Source: Minisyncoccota bacterium (lineage in GTDB: Bacteria; Patescibacteriota; Minisyncoccia; Phycocordibacterales; UBA918). Taken from it: a stretch of DNA of 64,000 nt. Below, piece after piece: positions 1 through 7,615 of this stretch. The stretch spans positions 257,217 through 321,216 of the forward strand of contig JAJOLD010000001.1 of the NCBI GenBank assembly GCA_021129515.1, given 5' to 3'. How positions within the stretch are numbered: position 1 is the stretch's first letter; each line of letters opens with the position of its first letter. A model generated the notes under the pieces. The model searched no databases. It was given only the letters and a program-made list of their open reading frames with translations, and had not been told where the DNA came from. Position numbers and translations under genes: made by a program.

Positions 1-616
1 CAAGTACTCGGAGGAGTGAGGTGATTGGGAACTTTCGCTTGCGGTCAATCTTCACATATATTGCACCATCAGCTTCAGATTCAATCTCTACCCATGCACC
101 GCGGGCAGGAATGATTTTTGCGCCAAAATAGGTTCCTCCTTTAATATCAGTGGTCGTGAAGAAAATACCGTAACTTCGTGCAAGCTGCGGCACAATCACA
201 CGTTCAACACCATTGATAATGAAGGTACCCTGGTCCGTCATCACCGGAATGTCGGTCATGAAGATTTCCTGGTCCTTTTCACCACCAAAGGTTTTGTTCT
301 TCAGAATTACCTGTGCGCGAAGTGGCGCTTCGTAGGTAATTTTGTTTTCCTTTGCATACTCCGGAGTCGTCTTCGGAGCACCCATTTCATACTTCTTAAA
401 TACCAACTCAAACTTCTTGTCTGAGTAGTCGCTAATTGGAGAAAATTCTTTAAATACCTCCTTGAGGCCATGTTCTACAAACCAGGTGAATGATTCGCGC
501 TGTGGTTGAATCAGGTCAGGAAGGTCGATACGCGGCTTTGTGAAGTGCCGGAACTCCTTCTTTGGCAGCTGTCCCACTGATGGTGGTGTTGCTGTCTTTG
601 GTGCATTTTTAGACAT
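1..616 (-). CDS. rpoB: DNA-directed RNA polymerase beta subunit, N-terminal part; the gene runs past the window start
   Basis: Not in the ORF track because it runs off the window edge. Reverse-strand translation from the ATG at ~614-616 gives MSKNAPKTATPP...QRESFTWFVEHGLKEVFKEFSPISDYS...ITYEAPLRAQVIL...DQEIFMTDIPVMTDQGTFIINGVERVIVPQLARSYGIFF, the conserved RpoB N-terminus. An in-frame TAA lies two codons upstream of the ATG. Confidence 0.88.
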   Translation of the reverse strand, partial: MSKNAPKTATPPSVGQLPKKEFRHFTKPRIDLPDLIQPQRESFTWFVEHGLKEVFKEFSPISDYSDKKFELVFKKYEMGAPKTTPEYAKENKITYEAPLRAQVILKNKTFGGEKDQEIFMTDIPVMTDQGTFIINGVERVIVPQLARSYGIFFTTTDIKGGTYFGAKIIPARGAWVEIESEADGAIYVKIDRKRKFPITSLLRVL

Positions 617-1082
617 TGATTAGATGTTAGTTAGTAGTACGTAGACGGTAGTAAGAAAATTCCTATGGAATTTTCTTATAACGCCCTCTATTAAAATTTG
701 AATACGTTGGGAAACACGAAAAAACCGCGCTTTGCAGCACGTCAGTAACCTCCCCACCTACTCGGCTTGTAATGCAGTCACGTTGTGTATGTTTTGAAAG
801 AAGCTTTGGAACCAGCCGATTCCACGCCCCACCTACGTTGTTTGAGTATGAGCTCTGTACAAAACTCTCCTCAGACGCCTCCATCCAAAACTCAATCAAG
901 TTAGCGTTGCCCGGCATTGTACCAGAGCCTCAAAAATAGTCAACGGCTATACGAGTATAAGTTATGTAGTATGAGAATGAGTATATATGCATTCGATGCA
1001 TCAAGGGATGCATTTCAATATGACACATAAAAACTGCGTAAGTTTCGTATAGACCTGCGCAGTTCAGATACCGCAAAAATTA

Positions 1083-1391
1083 TTATCTAATCGCAATACT
1101 CTCTCCCAACTGGTTGAGCACTGGCTCACCATTACTTGTATATGGTCGCCAAAATAGTTTGGATGCTTCTTCGTCATCAACGTGCCGTCTGTCACAACAC
1201 CTCCATCGAGGTATTAACTTTTCTTCTAGCATGACACAACGTGCCTGTTTTGAGTGTATGCCAAATAAATGCAACAATCCAGCGCGTATAGCACACGTAC
1301 TTCCACATGGCGCATCGATGAGTTTAAATGCGTGTGTAACACGAATCTTTCCGTAAAAAGGACAATCAGGTTGCCGTAGTACATCTTCCAT
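1083..1391 (-). CDS. hypothetical small Cys-containing protein (CPFYGK...PCGSTC)
   Basis: 102-aa ORF on the same strand as the flanking trmD and rpoB. No confident family match. An overlapping plus-strand 80-aa ORF is judged spurious. Confidence 0.3.
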   Translation of the reverse strand: MEDVLRQPDCPFYGKIRVTHAFKLIDAPCGSTCAIRAGLLHLFGIHSKQARCVMLEEKLIPRWRCCDRRHVDDEEASKLFWRPYTSNGEPVLNQLGESIAIR

Positions 1392-1450
1392 ATAATACCC
1401 CTTAATTACGAACCTATGGTGATGGTATCAAAAAATCGTACTGATGCAAC

Positions 1451-2119
1451 TTACGAATGGTTTTTTCGATACTTCTCAATCTCTGCGTGGTTCCCTGTAG
1501 TAAATACTTTCGGCACAGTGTGCTTTTTCTTCTTGTAGATGATTGTTTCTGGACGAGTATACATCTCACCTGATGAAACACGCTCATCTTCGAGCGATTC
1601 ATAGGTACCAAGGACTCCTGGGACATTCCGCGCAACGCTGTCTACAATAGTGAGCGCGGGGAGGTCGCCTGAGGTGAGTACATAGTCCCCCACTGACACC
1701 TCTTCGGCCTTGAGGATTTTTTGTACCCGTGAGTCGATACCCTCATAGCGCCCTGAGATGAGCACTATGTGCTTATGCTTCTTTGCAAGCTTCTTTGCGT
1801 ACGCCTGGTCAAAAGTTTTTCCACGCGGCGACATCATTAACACTTTCACGTCTTTCTTCCGCCCGATTGCTTTTGCAGCCGCCTTGAGGACTGGCTCCGC
1901 CTGCATCACCATACCGGGACCACCGCCATATGGCTTGTCGTCTACCTTCTTGTGTTTATTCTTTGAAAAATCGCGCGGGTCATAGTAGCTCACCTCAATC
2001 TTCTTGCCTTTATGCTTTGCACCTTTACCCTTCTCAGCCTTCTGAGCACGCCCAAGTACCGACGCATCGGTATACGCCTTACAAACCTCTGGGAACAATG
2101 TGATGATATGGAAATGCAT
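1451..2119 (-). CDS. trmD: tRNA (guanine37-N1)-methyltransferase
   Basis: The N-terminus MHFHIITLFPE and the motifs PYGGGPGMVM, ISGRYEGIDSRV and GDYVLTSGDLPALTIVDSVAR...PGVLG are classic TrmD (SPOUT fold) signatures. Confidence 0.95.
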   Translation of the reverse strand: MHFHIITLFPEVCKAYTDASVLGRAQKAEKGKGAKHKGKKIEVSYYDPRDFSKNKHKKVDDKPYGGGPGMVMQAEPVLKAAAKAIGRKKDVKVLMMSPRGKTFDQAYAKKLAKKHKHIVLISGRYEGIDSRVQKILKAEEVSVGDYVLTSGDLPALTIVDSVARNVPGVLGTYESLEDERVSSGEMYTRPETIIYKKKKHTVPKVFTTGNHAEIEKYRKNHS

Positions 2120-2138
2120 GTTTTAGCTCTTAGTATTG

Positions 2139-2573
2139 TTATATTAGTTTATCTTTGTATTTTTCTAGAAAAGTTGGGAATTGAGAATGCATTGGTTCTG
2201 GGAGTGCGTCGAGTGTATACCACTCAAGCGCTAAACATTTTTCAGGTTCCATTATTCGCACCTGGTCAGGATTCACTTGCACTTTAAAGTCAAACTGTAT
2301 CCAATGGGTCTTTGTACCATTCTGTTCACGAAACACCTCTCGGTGTCCTAAAAATTCCATGGCAACAACTTCTGAACCGCACTCCTCTTTTACTTCTCGA
2401 TGTACGGTGTCTTCAATAGTATCACCAACTTCAATACCTCCACTCCCTATTGGATCCCATCTACCATGTTCGTCGCGGCATTTGTCGCTCCGTAAACCTA
2501 AAAGGCACCGACCATTCCCATCATGACAAAAAGTAGTGACCGCATTACCAATATAGTCATATCCTTGTTGCAT
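2139..2573 (-). CDS. NUDIX family hydrolase
   Basis: Carries a Nudix box: GGIEVGDTIEDTVHREVKEECG, matching the Gx5Ex7REVxEExG pattern. Confidence 0.88.
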   Translation of the reverse strand: MQQGYDYIGNAVTTFCHDGNGRCLLGLRSDKCRDEHGRWDPIGSGGIEVGDTIEDTVHREVKEECGSEVVAMEFLGHREVFREQNGTKTHWIQFDFKVQVNPDQVRIMEPEKCLALEWYTLDALPEPMHSQFPTFLEKYKDKLI

Positions 2574-2587
2574 ACAGGAATCCTAGC

Positions 2588-2626
2588 ACAGAAGAAGCAC
2601 ATGGCTACGCCATGTGCTTCTTCTGT
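2588..2626. other. perfect 18-bp stem hairpin (ACAGAAGAAGCACATGGC / GCCATGTGCTTCTTCTGT) in the noncoding gap between the NUDIX and KH genes
   Basis: Seen directly. No flanking U-tract on either strand, so it is not a canonical intrinsic terminator. Confidence 0.6.
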
Positions 2627-2700
2627 AGTTTCCGTGACTTATTTGAAAACTAGAAATGGGATGGAGTGCAAGGCGTGAGAAGAAAATAATATGAGTCTTA

Positions 2701-2817
2701 ATTGACGCAAGATATACCTAACCTAAAGACCTTAAACCGAGTAACGTATCAATATAGTACAAAATCTACATTGACTGAGTGCCTTATACCTAAAGATCTT
2801 AAACTGAATGAAGTACG
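2701..2817. repeat. two ~48-nt imperfect direct repeats (ATTGAC....TATACCTAAAGAyCTTAAACyGA...GTA) inside a 330-nt noncoding insert
   Basis: Copy 1 lies at ~2701-2748 and copy 2 at ~2770-2817, aligned by eye. Confidence 0.55.
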
Positions 2818-2901
2818 CGGAACAGCAAAGCCGCGACGGAAGACGTACTTAGTGGTACGGCGCCTGTCGCGGCTGTAGCTGTGACAAAGTAATTCGTCAG
2901 T

Positions 2902-3267
2902 TTAAATCTTTAGGTCGTCGATAGCTTCGTCGAGCGTCTTCTCTTCCATAGGCTCATCACCCCCCATCTCCACAACTTCTGTTGCATCGCCTCCCTGTTC
3001 CATTGCAGCTGGTGGGCGACCTCCTTCTGGTTCATTAATCTTAAGGTTGACCCGTGCATCGTTCTTCATACCAACCACGCGGAGCAATGTTCGAATTGCC
3101 TTTGCAGTGTTACCTGAACGACCGATAATCTTCCCCATGTCGTCAGCATGGACATCGAGTGTAAGGAGTACCCCCATCTCATCGACAGTACGACTACACG
3201 TTACATCCTCTGGGTGATCTACAAGCGCTTTCACAAGCGTCTCGAGAAACTGCTGATCTGATTCCAT
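2902..3267 (-). CDS. KH-domain RNA-binding protein (YlqC/KhpA-like) with an acidic C-terminal extension
   Basis: Shows the GKIIGRSGNTAKAIRTLL KH/GXXG motif. It sits downstream of rpsP, as KhpA does in the rpsP operon of other bacteria. Confidence 0.85.
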   Translation of the reverse strand: MESDQQFLETLVKALVDHPEDVTCSRTVDEMGVLLTLDVHADDMGKIIGRSGNTAKAIRTLLRVVGMKNDARVNLKINEPEGGRPPAAMEQGGDATEVVEMGGDEPMEEKTLDEAIDDLKI

Positions 3268-3404
3268 AAATTTCTAGATATATATCTGTTAAGCGTCCGT
3301 TTCACTCTTACAGAAACGTCCTATAGTAATGGTAGCAAGTGACTCTGATACGTCAACACTCCCGCGTGGGTGTGGGAGTGTGAGATACTTCTTGTTTTAA
3401 AGAC

Positions 3405-3920
3405 TTATGCCTTTGCTTCTTCGTCTTCAGTAGTTTCCCCGCCTGCCTCATCGGCGCGGTCAGGTTCGGTCGCAGGAGCCTCCTCTGAAGCTGCTTCTGT
3501 TGATTCCTCTGCTGGTGCTTCCGCCTCCTCAGCAGGAGTCTCATCAGCTTCTGCTGGAGTATCAACTGCCTCAGCTTCAGCAGCTTTCGCTTCTTCCGCC
3601 GCCTTAGCCTCTTCTTCAGCTTTCTTGATAGCTTCTTCGTCAACAATAGGAGATTTCTTTGGGAGGACATTTACCTTCTTCCCGTCGATAATCTTCTCGC
3701 TTACGAGCATATTGTGGACCGTATCTGACACCTGTACCCCTTTTGAGATCCAGTCTTTCGCCTTATCGCCATCGATAACAAGCTTGCCCATTTTAGGATC
3801 AAATGAACCCAACAGGTCTACATGCTTGCCGCTTTTTGGACCTCGACGAGAATCAGTAACCACCACACGATATGATGGGTTATTTCTTCGACCGATTCGT
3901 TGTAAACGCATTTTTAACAT
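3405..3920 (-). CDS. rpsP: 30S ribosomal protein S16 with a ~90-aa Ala/Glu-rich C-terminal extension
   Basis: The N-terminus MLKMRLQRIGRRNNPSYRVVVTDSRRGPKSGKHVDLLGSFDP is canonical S16. The tail is low-complexity AEEAKAAE repeats. Confidence 0.95.
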   Translation of the reverse strand: MLKMRLQRIGRRNNPSYRVVVTDSRRGPKSGKHVDLLGSFDPKMGKLVIDGDKAKDWISKGVQVSDTVHNMLVSEKIIDGKKVNVLPKKSPIVDEEAIKKAEEEAKAAEEAKAAEAEAVDTPAEADETPAEEAEAPAEESTEAASEEAPATEPDRADEAGGETTEDEEAKA

Positions 3921-4012
3921 GACGGGAGAACAATACCAGAATGCACGAATAAGGTCAATATAGGCAGACGCACCTATGCTAACAACCGGATTATATATTG
4001 CAAAATACTAGA

Positions 4013-4085
4013 TTGCCTGCCTGTTTGCCTGTGCGTATACTTACGCAAACAGATGCGTGACGCACAGGCAGGCAATCCAGAAATG
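4013..4085. repeat. imperfect palindromic element ending in ACGCACAGGCAGGCAATCCAGAAAT; the same 25-nt motif recurs at 47677-47701
   Basis: GATTGCCTGCCTG...TGTGCGT pairs with ACGCACAGGCAGGCAATC. It lies directly downstream of the stop of the minus-strand gene 4164-4520. Confidence 0.7.
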
Positions 4086-4163
4086 TAATGAGCATAGGTG
4101 CCGCAGAAGAAAAGGCTCAACACACGAGTAGTGTGCTCAGCCCTCAAAGATGCCAATCTATAA

Positions 4164-4520
4164 CTATCCTCCATGTCTGCTGAATTGGAATGTATGTTGC
4201 AAACGATTCGTTGACTCCGTCAGCGATGTCAATATAAGCACATACACATTCGCCAACACAAACAACAGTATGTGCACCAACACCATGCGGTCAAATAGCG
4301 CTACCTGCATTCCATCCGCTACTTGATACATAGCTGCCACACACACCATCCATAAAAGTACTATCACCAGAAAAACCATTACCTCACCAAAATTAAAATT
4401 GGGTGACTTATCGGCTTGTGTGGGATTCCACAGGTATTCTTTTATAAATACCACAGCCATGTAAACCGCCAATACAAAAGGTATGCCAAACTGAACTTGT
4501 GCCACGTAATCCACTGTCAT
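4164..4520 (-). CDS. hypothetical small integral membrane protein
   Basis: 118 aa with 3-4 hydrophobic helices. Its own promoter-like motif lies upstream. Confidence 0.6.
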   Translation of the reverse strand: MTVDYVAQVQFGIPFVLAVYMAVVFIKEYLWNPTQADKSPNFNFGEVMVFLVIVLLWMVCVAAMYQVADGMQVALFDRMVLVHILLFVLANVYVLILTSLTESTNRLQHTFQFSRHGG

Positions 4521-4553
4521 TAACTTTCTCCAAGTGACCTATATTCCGAGAGG

Positions 4554-4590
4554 CACAGTACCGACCACGCAATAGTTTGTCAATATAAAA
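4554..4590 (-). promoter_or_regulatory. putative promoter (minus-strand -35 TTGACA, 17-nt spacer, -10 TACTGT) for gene 4164-4520
   Basis: The minus-strand sequence is TTTTATATTGACAAACTATTGCGTGGTCGGTACTGTG. It is nearly duplicated at 4950-4985, including the conserved spacer GTGGTCGG. Confidence 0.55.
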
Positions 4591-4614
4591 ACCGGCGACT
4601 ATGCGCCGGGTTTT
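4587..4614. terminator. bidirectional rho-independent terminator (AAAACCGGCG-ACTAT-GCGCCGGGTTTT)
   Basis: A GC-rich stem flanked by an A-run and a T-run. It lies downstream of the minus-strand gene 4634-4927. Confidence 0.7.
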
Positions 4615-4633
4615 CAGATTTTTGACATTGTTT

Positions 4634-4927
4634 TCATCCTTTCAGAAGACGACTACAAGATACTATGGAGAAAATGCTATTGAGTATCATACCCAGCAGC
4701 AGCAACATCACAACAGCTATTGTAGCAGGATTTGCATCATCAGGTATCAAGAAAAGCAACGGAAAGGACACAAATATAAGCACTGTGTATGCGCTTATAA
4801 CAATTCTATCACTTACGATACTACGACCGTATATACGACGTACTGCTGCAAGAGCAAGCCTCACAACAATGTATGCTAGACCATAGCATGTTGCCAACAG
4901 AAAAAAACTATCATCCATCAGGAACAC
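4634..4927 (-). CDS. hypothetical small integral membrane protein
   Basis: 97 aa with 3 hydrophobic helices. The conserved promoter motif lies immediately upstream. Confidence 0.55.
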   Translation of the reverse strand: MFLMDDSFFLLATCYGLAYIVVRLALAAVRRIYGRSIVSDRIVISAYTVLIFVSFPLLFLIPDDANPATIAVVMLLLLGMILNSIFSIVSCSRLLKG

Positions 4928-4949
4928 TCCAAAAGGTGGCTACCAAAAT

Positions 4950-4985
4950 CACAGTACCGACCACAAATTCGTTTGTCAACATACC
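4950..4985 (-). promoter_or_regulatory. putative promoter (TTGACA, 17 nt, TACTGT), a paralogous copy of the 4554-4590 motif
   Basis: The minus-strand sequence is GGTATGTTGACAAACGAATTTGTGGTCGGTACTGTG. It overlaps the first codons of the track's rnr ORF, so the true rnr start is probably the downstream Met at ~5015. Confidence 0.55.
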
Positions 4986-7033
4986 CTCCCCCGTGTATAC
5001 TCACGAAACTAATTATGACTCAAAATAACAATACAACATATGAAGGCACCCTCCTTGTGCGCGGGAAAGGCATAGGATTTGTTTCTATTCCCGACCACGA
5101 GGAGGATATTGTGATTCCAACCGAATCACTTAATTTCGGACTGGATGGCGACAGAGTCGAAATCGAACTCCTCGACCCGAGAGCAGCTCACGCTGCACGG
5201 GCAGGAAAAAAGCCCGGCGAACGACAAGAAGGGCGCGTAGTGCGTGTTATCGAACCCGCACGTAGTGAGTTTGTGGGGCTTGTTGAAATGAAACCTACTC
5301 CCACAAGTGGGTCGGGCGGGAAAGAAAACTGGCGACTCCTCCCAGACAACCGCCGTATCCATATTCGCCCAGTACTTCCCGAGGCAACTGATACCCACAA
5401 AGGCATGAAGGTGGTGGTAACCATTGACGCATGGCAGAATCCCCATGTAGATCCTGTTGGTAGTATCACTGAAGTGCTCGGTCCTGCAGGCAACCATGAG
5501 ACTGAAATGCAAGCCATCATCCGCAGCGGCGGATTCTCAGAAAACTTCCCCGAACACATCGCTCGCGCCGGGCAAGAACTCTACGAGCAGCGTGAGGACA
5601 TTTTTACAAAAGCCATCGAAGACACCAAAGGTGACAATCCTCGCCGTCGTGATATGCGCCATGCGCCTACCTGTACCATTGACCCGGCTGACGCAAAAGA
5701 CTTTGACGACGCTATTTCGCTTGAGCTTTTAGAAAATGGACATGTGTCAGTCGGTATTCATATTGCTGACGTATCGCACTATGTGCAAGACGGCGACGAT
5801 ATCGACATGGAAGCACGTGAGCGTGGTACCTCTATATACCTTGTAGACCGTGTCATTCCGATGCTTCCTGAGGTACTTTCAAACGATCTCTGTTCACTGC
5901 GACCCCACGAAGACCGGCTCGCCTTCTCTGCCGTATTTGAAATGAATGAAAAGGGAGAGATTTTTGACGAATGGTACGGACAAACCATCATCCACTCCGA
6001 TAAACGCTTTAGCTACGAGGAAGCACAAACTGTGCTCGACAACCAAGATGGCGAGATGCTCACTGAACTCAATAGCATCATGACCATCTCCCGAGCACTC
6101 AGGAAACAACGATATAAAAATGGTGCAATTGCCTTTGAACAACCAGAGGTGCGCTTCGAACTCGATGACGACGGCAAACCAATACGTGCATACACCAAAG
6201 TACGCACTGAAACCATGCTTATGATTGAGGACCTCATGCTCCTTGCAAACCGCAAGGTCGCCGAGTATGTACACCAGTTGAGCAAAAAGCACAATCACGA
6301 AGCAGCATTCGTGTATCGTATTCACGACGAACCAAACCAGGAGAGAATTGAAGACCTCGCAACCTTCTTGCACGCACTCGGGCACGAATTTAAGACACAC
6401 CAAGGCATCGTCAGCTCAAAAGAAATCAACAAAATGCTCAAAGGGATTGAAGGTAAACCCGAAGAAGAGCTCATCAAGACTGCCACTATTCGCTCAATGG
6501 CAAAAGCAATCTACACCACCAAGAATATTGGACACTTTGGACTTGCGTTTAAGTTCTACACCCACTTCACCTCACCTATTCGTCGCTATCCTGACCTCAT
6601 GGTGCATCGTATGCTACGCAGGCACTTAGACCAATCTCCAATCAGCAAGAAGGAGCTCACTAAGTATGAGAACCTCTCTGCACAATCTTCAGAACGTGAA
6701 ATGACCGCCGTGCGTGCAGAACGTGACTCTATCAAGTACAAGCAAGTGGAATATATGCAGGGCAAGGTAGACCAAGAATTCGACGGCACCGTAACCGGCG
6801 TCACCGACTGGGGCGTATATGTTGAGGATAAAGAATCACGCGCCGAGGGTATGGTACGCCTCGCGAGTATCAAAGGTGATTATTACGAACACGATGCGAA
6901 AAAGTATCGCATCAAAGGGCAACGTACCGGACGCACCCTCTCACTCGGTGCAGACGTCCGCATCAAGCTCGTCCGTGCAGACATGGAAGAGCGACAGCTT
7001 GATTTTGAGTTAGTGGAAAAAAAGAAGAAATAA
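4973..7033 (+). CDS. rnr: ribonuclease R (RNB exoribonuclease with a C-terminal S1 domain)
   Basis: The RNB catalytic core is present, including the FTSPIRRYPDLMVHR motif. The C-terminal S1 domain reads EFDGTVTGVTDWGVYVE. The real start is probably MTQNNN at ~5015. Confidence 0.93.
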   Translation: MSTYPPPCILTKLIMTQNNNTTYEGTLLVRGKGIGFVSIPDHEEDIVIPTESLNFGLDGDRVEIELLDPRAAHAARAGKKPGERQEGRVVRVIEPARSEFVGLVEMKPTPTSGSGGKENWRLLPDNRRIHIRPVLPEATDTHKGMKVVVTIDAWQNPHVDPVGSITEVLGPAGNHETEMQAIIRSGGFSENFPEHIARAGQELYEQREDIFTKAIEDTKGDNPRRRDMRHAPTCTIDPADAKDFDDAISLELLENGHVSVGIHIADVSHYVQDGDDIDMEARERGTSIYLVDRVIPMLPEVLSNDLCSLRPHEDRLAFSAVFEMNEKGEIFDEWYGQTIIHSDKRFSYEEAQTVLDNQDGEMLTELNSIMTISRALRKQRYKNGAIAFEQPEVRFELDDDGKPIRAYTKVRTETMLMIEDLMLLANRKVAEYVHQLSKKHNHEAAFVYRIHDEPNQERIEDLATFLHALGHEFKTHQGIVSSKEINKMLKGIEGKPEEELIKTATIRSMAKAIYTTKNIGHFGLAFKFYTHFTSPIRRYPDLMVHRMLRRHLDQSPISKKELTKYENLSAQSSEREMTAVRAERDSIKYKQVEYMQGKVDQEFDGTVTGVTDWGVYVEDKESRAEGMVRLASIKGDYYEHDAKKYRIKGQRTGRTLSLGADVRIKLVRADMEERQLDFELVEKKKK

Positions 7034-7049
7034 AACAAACACCCAAAAA

Positions 7050-7086
7050 GCCTCACAAGTCGCCTACGGCAACTTGTGAGGCTTTC
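7050..7086 (+). terminator. rho-independent terminator after rnr
   Basis: GCCTCACAAGT...ACTTGTGAGGC stem followed by TTTCAC. Confidence 0.7.
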
Positions 7087-7351
7087 ACATACCATATGTA
7101 GTGTATCCCGATACCAGTATCGGTGTTACATTATATCATACTATTGTGCTGTTGATGGAGTCGTGTGTGAAAGAAAGCCCATACTCACCCGTCATCACTA
7201 CTAATGGAAAAGAAACGACACAATCCAAATACAGGAAATTTTATGGATGCGCTCTTGCTTATCGCAGCGTTACTCTTTCTGATTGTGCCGTGGCTTCGGT
7301 TCTGAACATACTCTCCAGCCCCTCCTAATACATAGAGAGACCGAGAGCAAC

Positions 7352-7552
7352 ATGCGTGCAACAGTTATTTCCATTAACCAACTCTACACACGCTTTATTT
7401 TTTCTGTTTTTTCACCATTTCTTGTATGGATTGTAGACGTGTGGTCATTTGAGATCGCCTTTTACGCTTCAGCGCTGATTTTAGGAGGACTCGCAGTGCT
7501 TGCACTTGTCTCATTACTGCATGCAATACACATTCGAGAGCAGTACGTGTAG
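7352..7552 (+). CDS. possible small 2-TM membrane protein (66 aa)
   Basis: The internal Met of ORF 7283-7552 gives MRATVISINQLYTRFIFSVFSPFLVWIV...ALILGGLAVLALVSLL. A strong terminator follows immediately. No homology support. Confidence 0.35.
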   Translation: MRATVISINQLYTRFIFSVFSPFLVWIVDVWSFEIAFYASALILGGLAVLALVSLLHAIHIREQYV

Positions 7553-7554
7553 GA

Positions 7555-7590
7555 AAAGCGCTGTGAATCAACAACGATTCACAGCGCTTT
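7555..7590. terminator. bidirectional terminator (AAAGCGCTGTGAATC-AACAACG-GATTCACAGCGCTTT) between the convergent small ORF and smc
   Basis: Perfect 15-bp stem with A/T runs on both sides. Confidence 0.8.
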
Positions 7591-7615
7591 AATATTTAGT
7601 GAGCATTTATTCATT

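Noticed and set aside
663-917. 84-aa minus-strand ORF in the region upstream of rpoB
   Set aside because: It has no recognizable motifs and lies in the rpoB promoter/leader region, which contains AT-rich ATGCAT palindromes. It is most likely non-coding.
1114-1356. 80-aa plus-strand ORF overlapping ORF 1083-1391
   Set aside because: It is antisense to the operon direction and low-complexity (SSSS). The minus-strand frame was kept as the weak call instead.
2640-2900. SRP RNA (ffs) or RNase P RNA in the noncoding insert near rpsP
   Set aside because: The conserved SRP domain IV sequence (GGAAG...AGCAGC) and the RNase P conserved regions were not found by eye. This needs an Infernal scan to be definitive.
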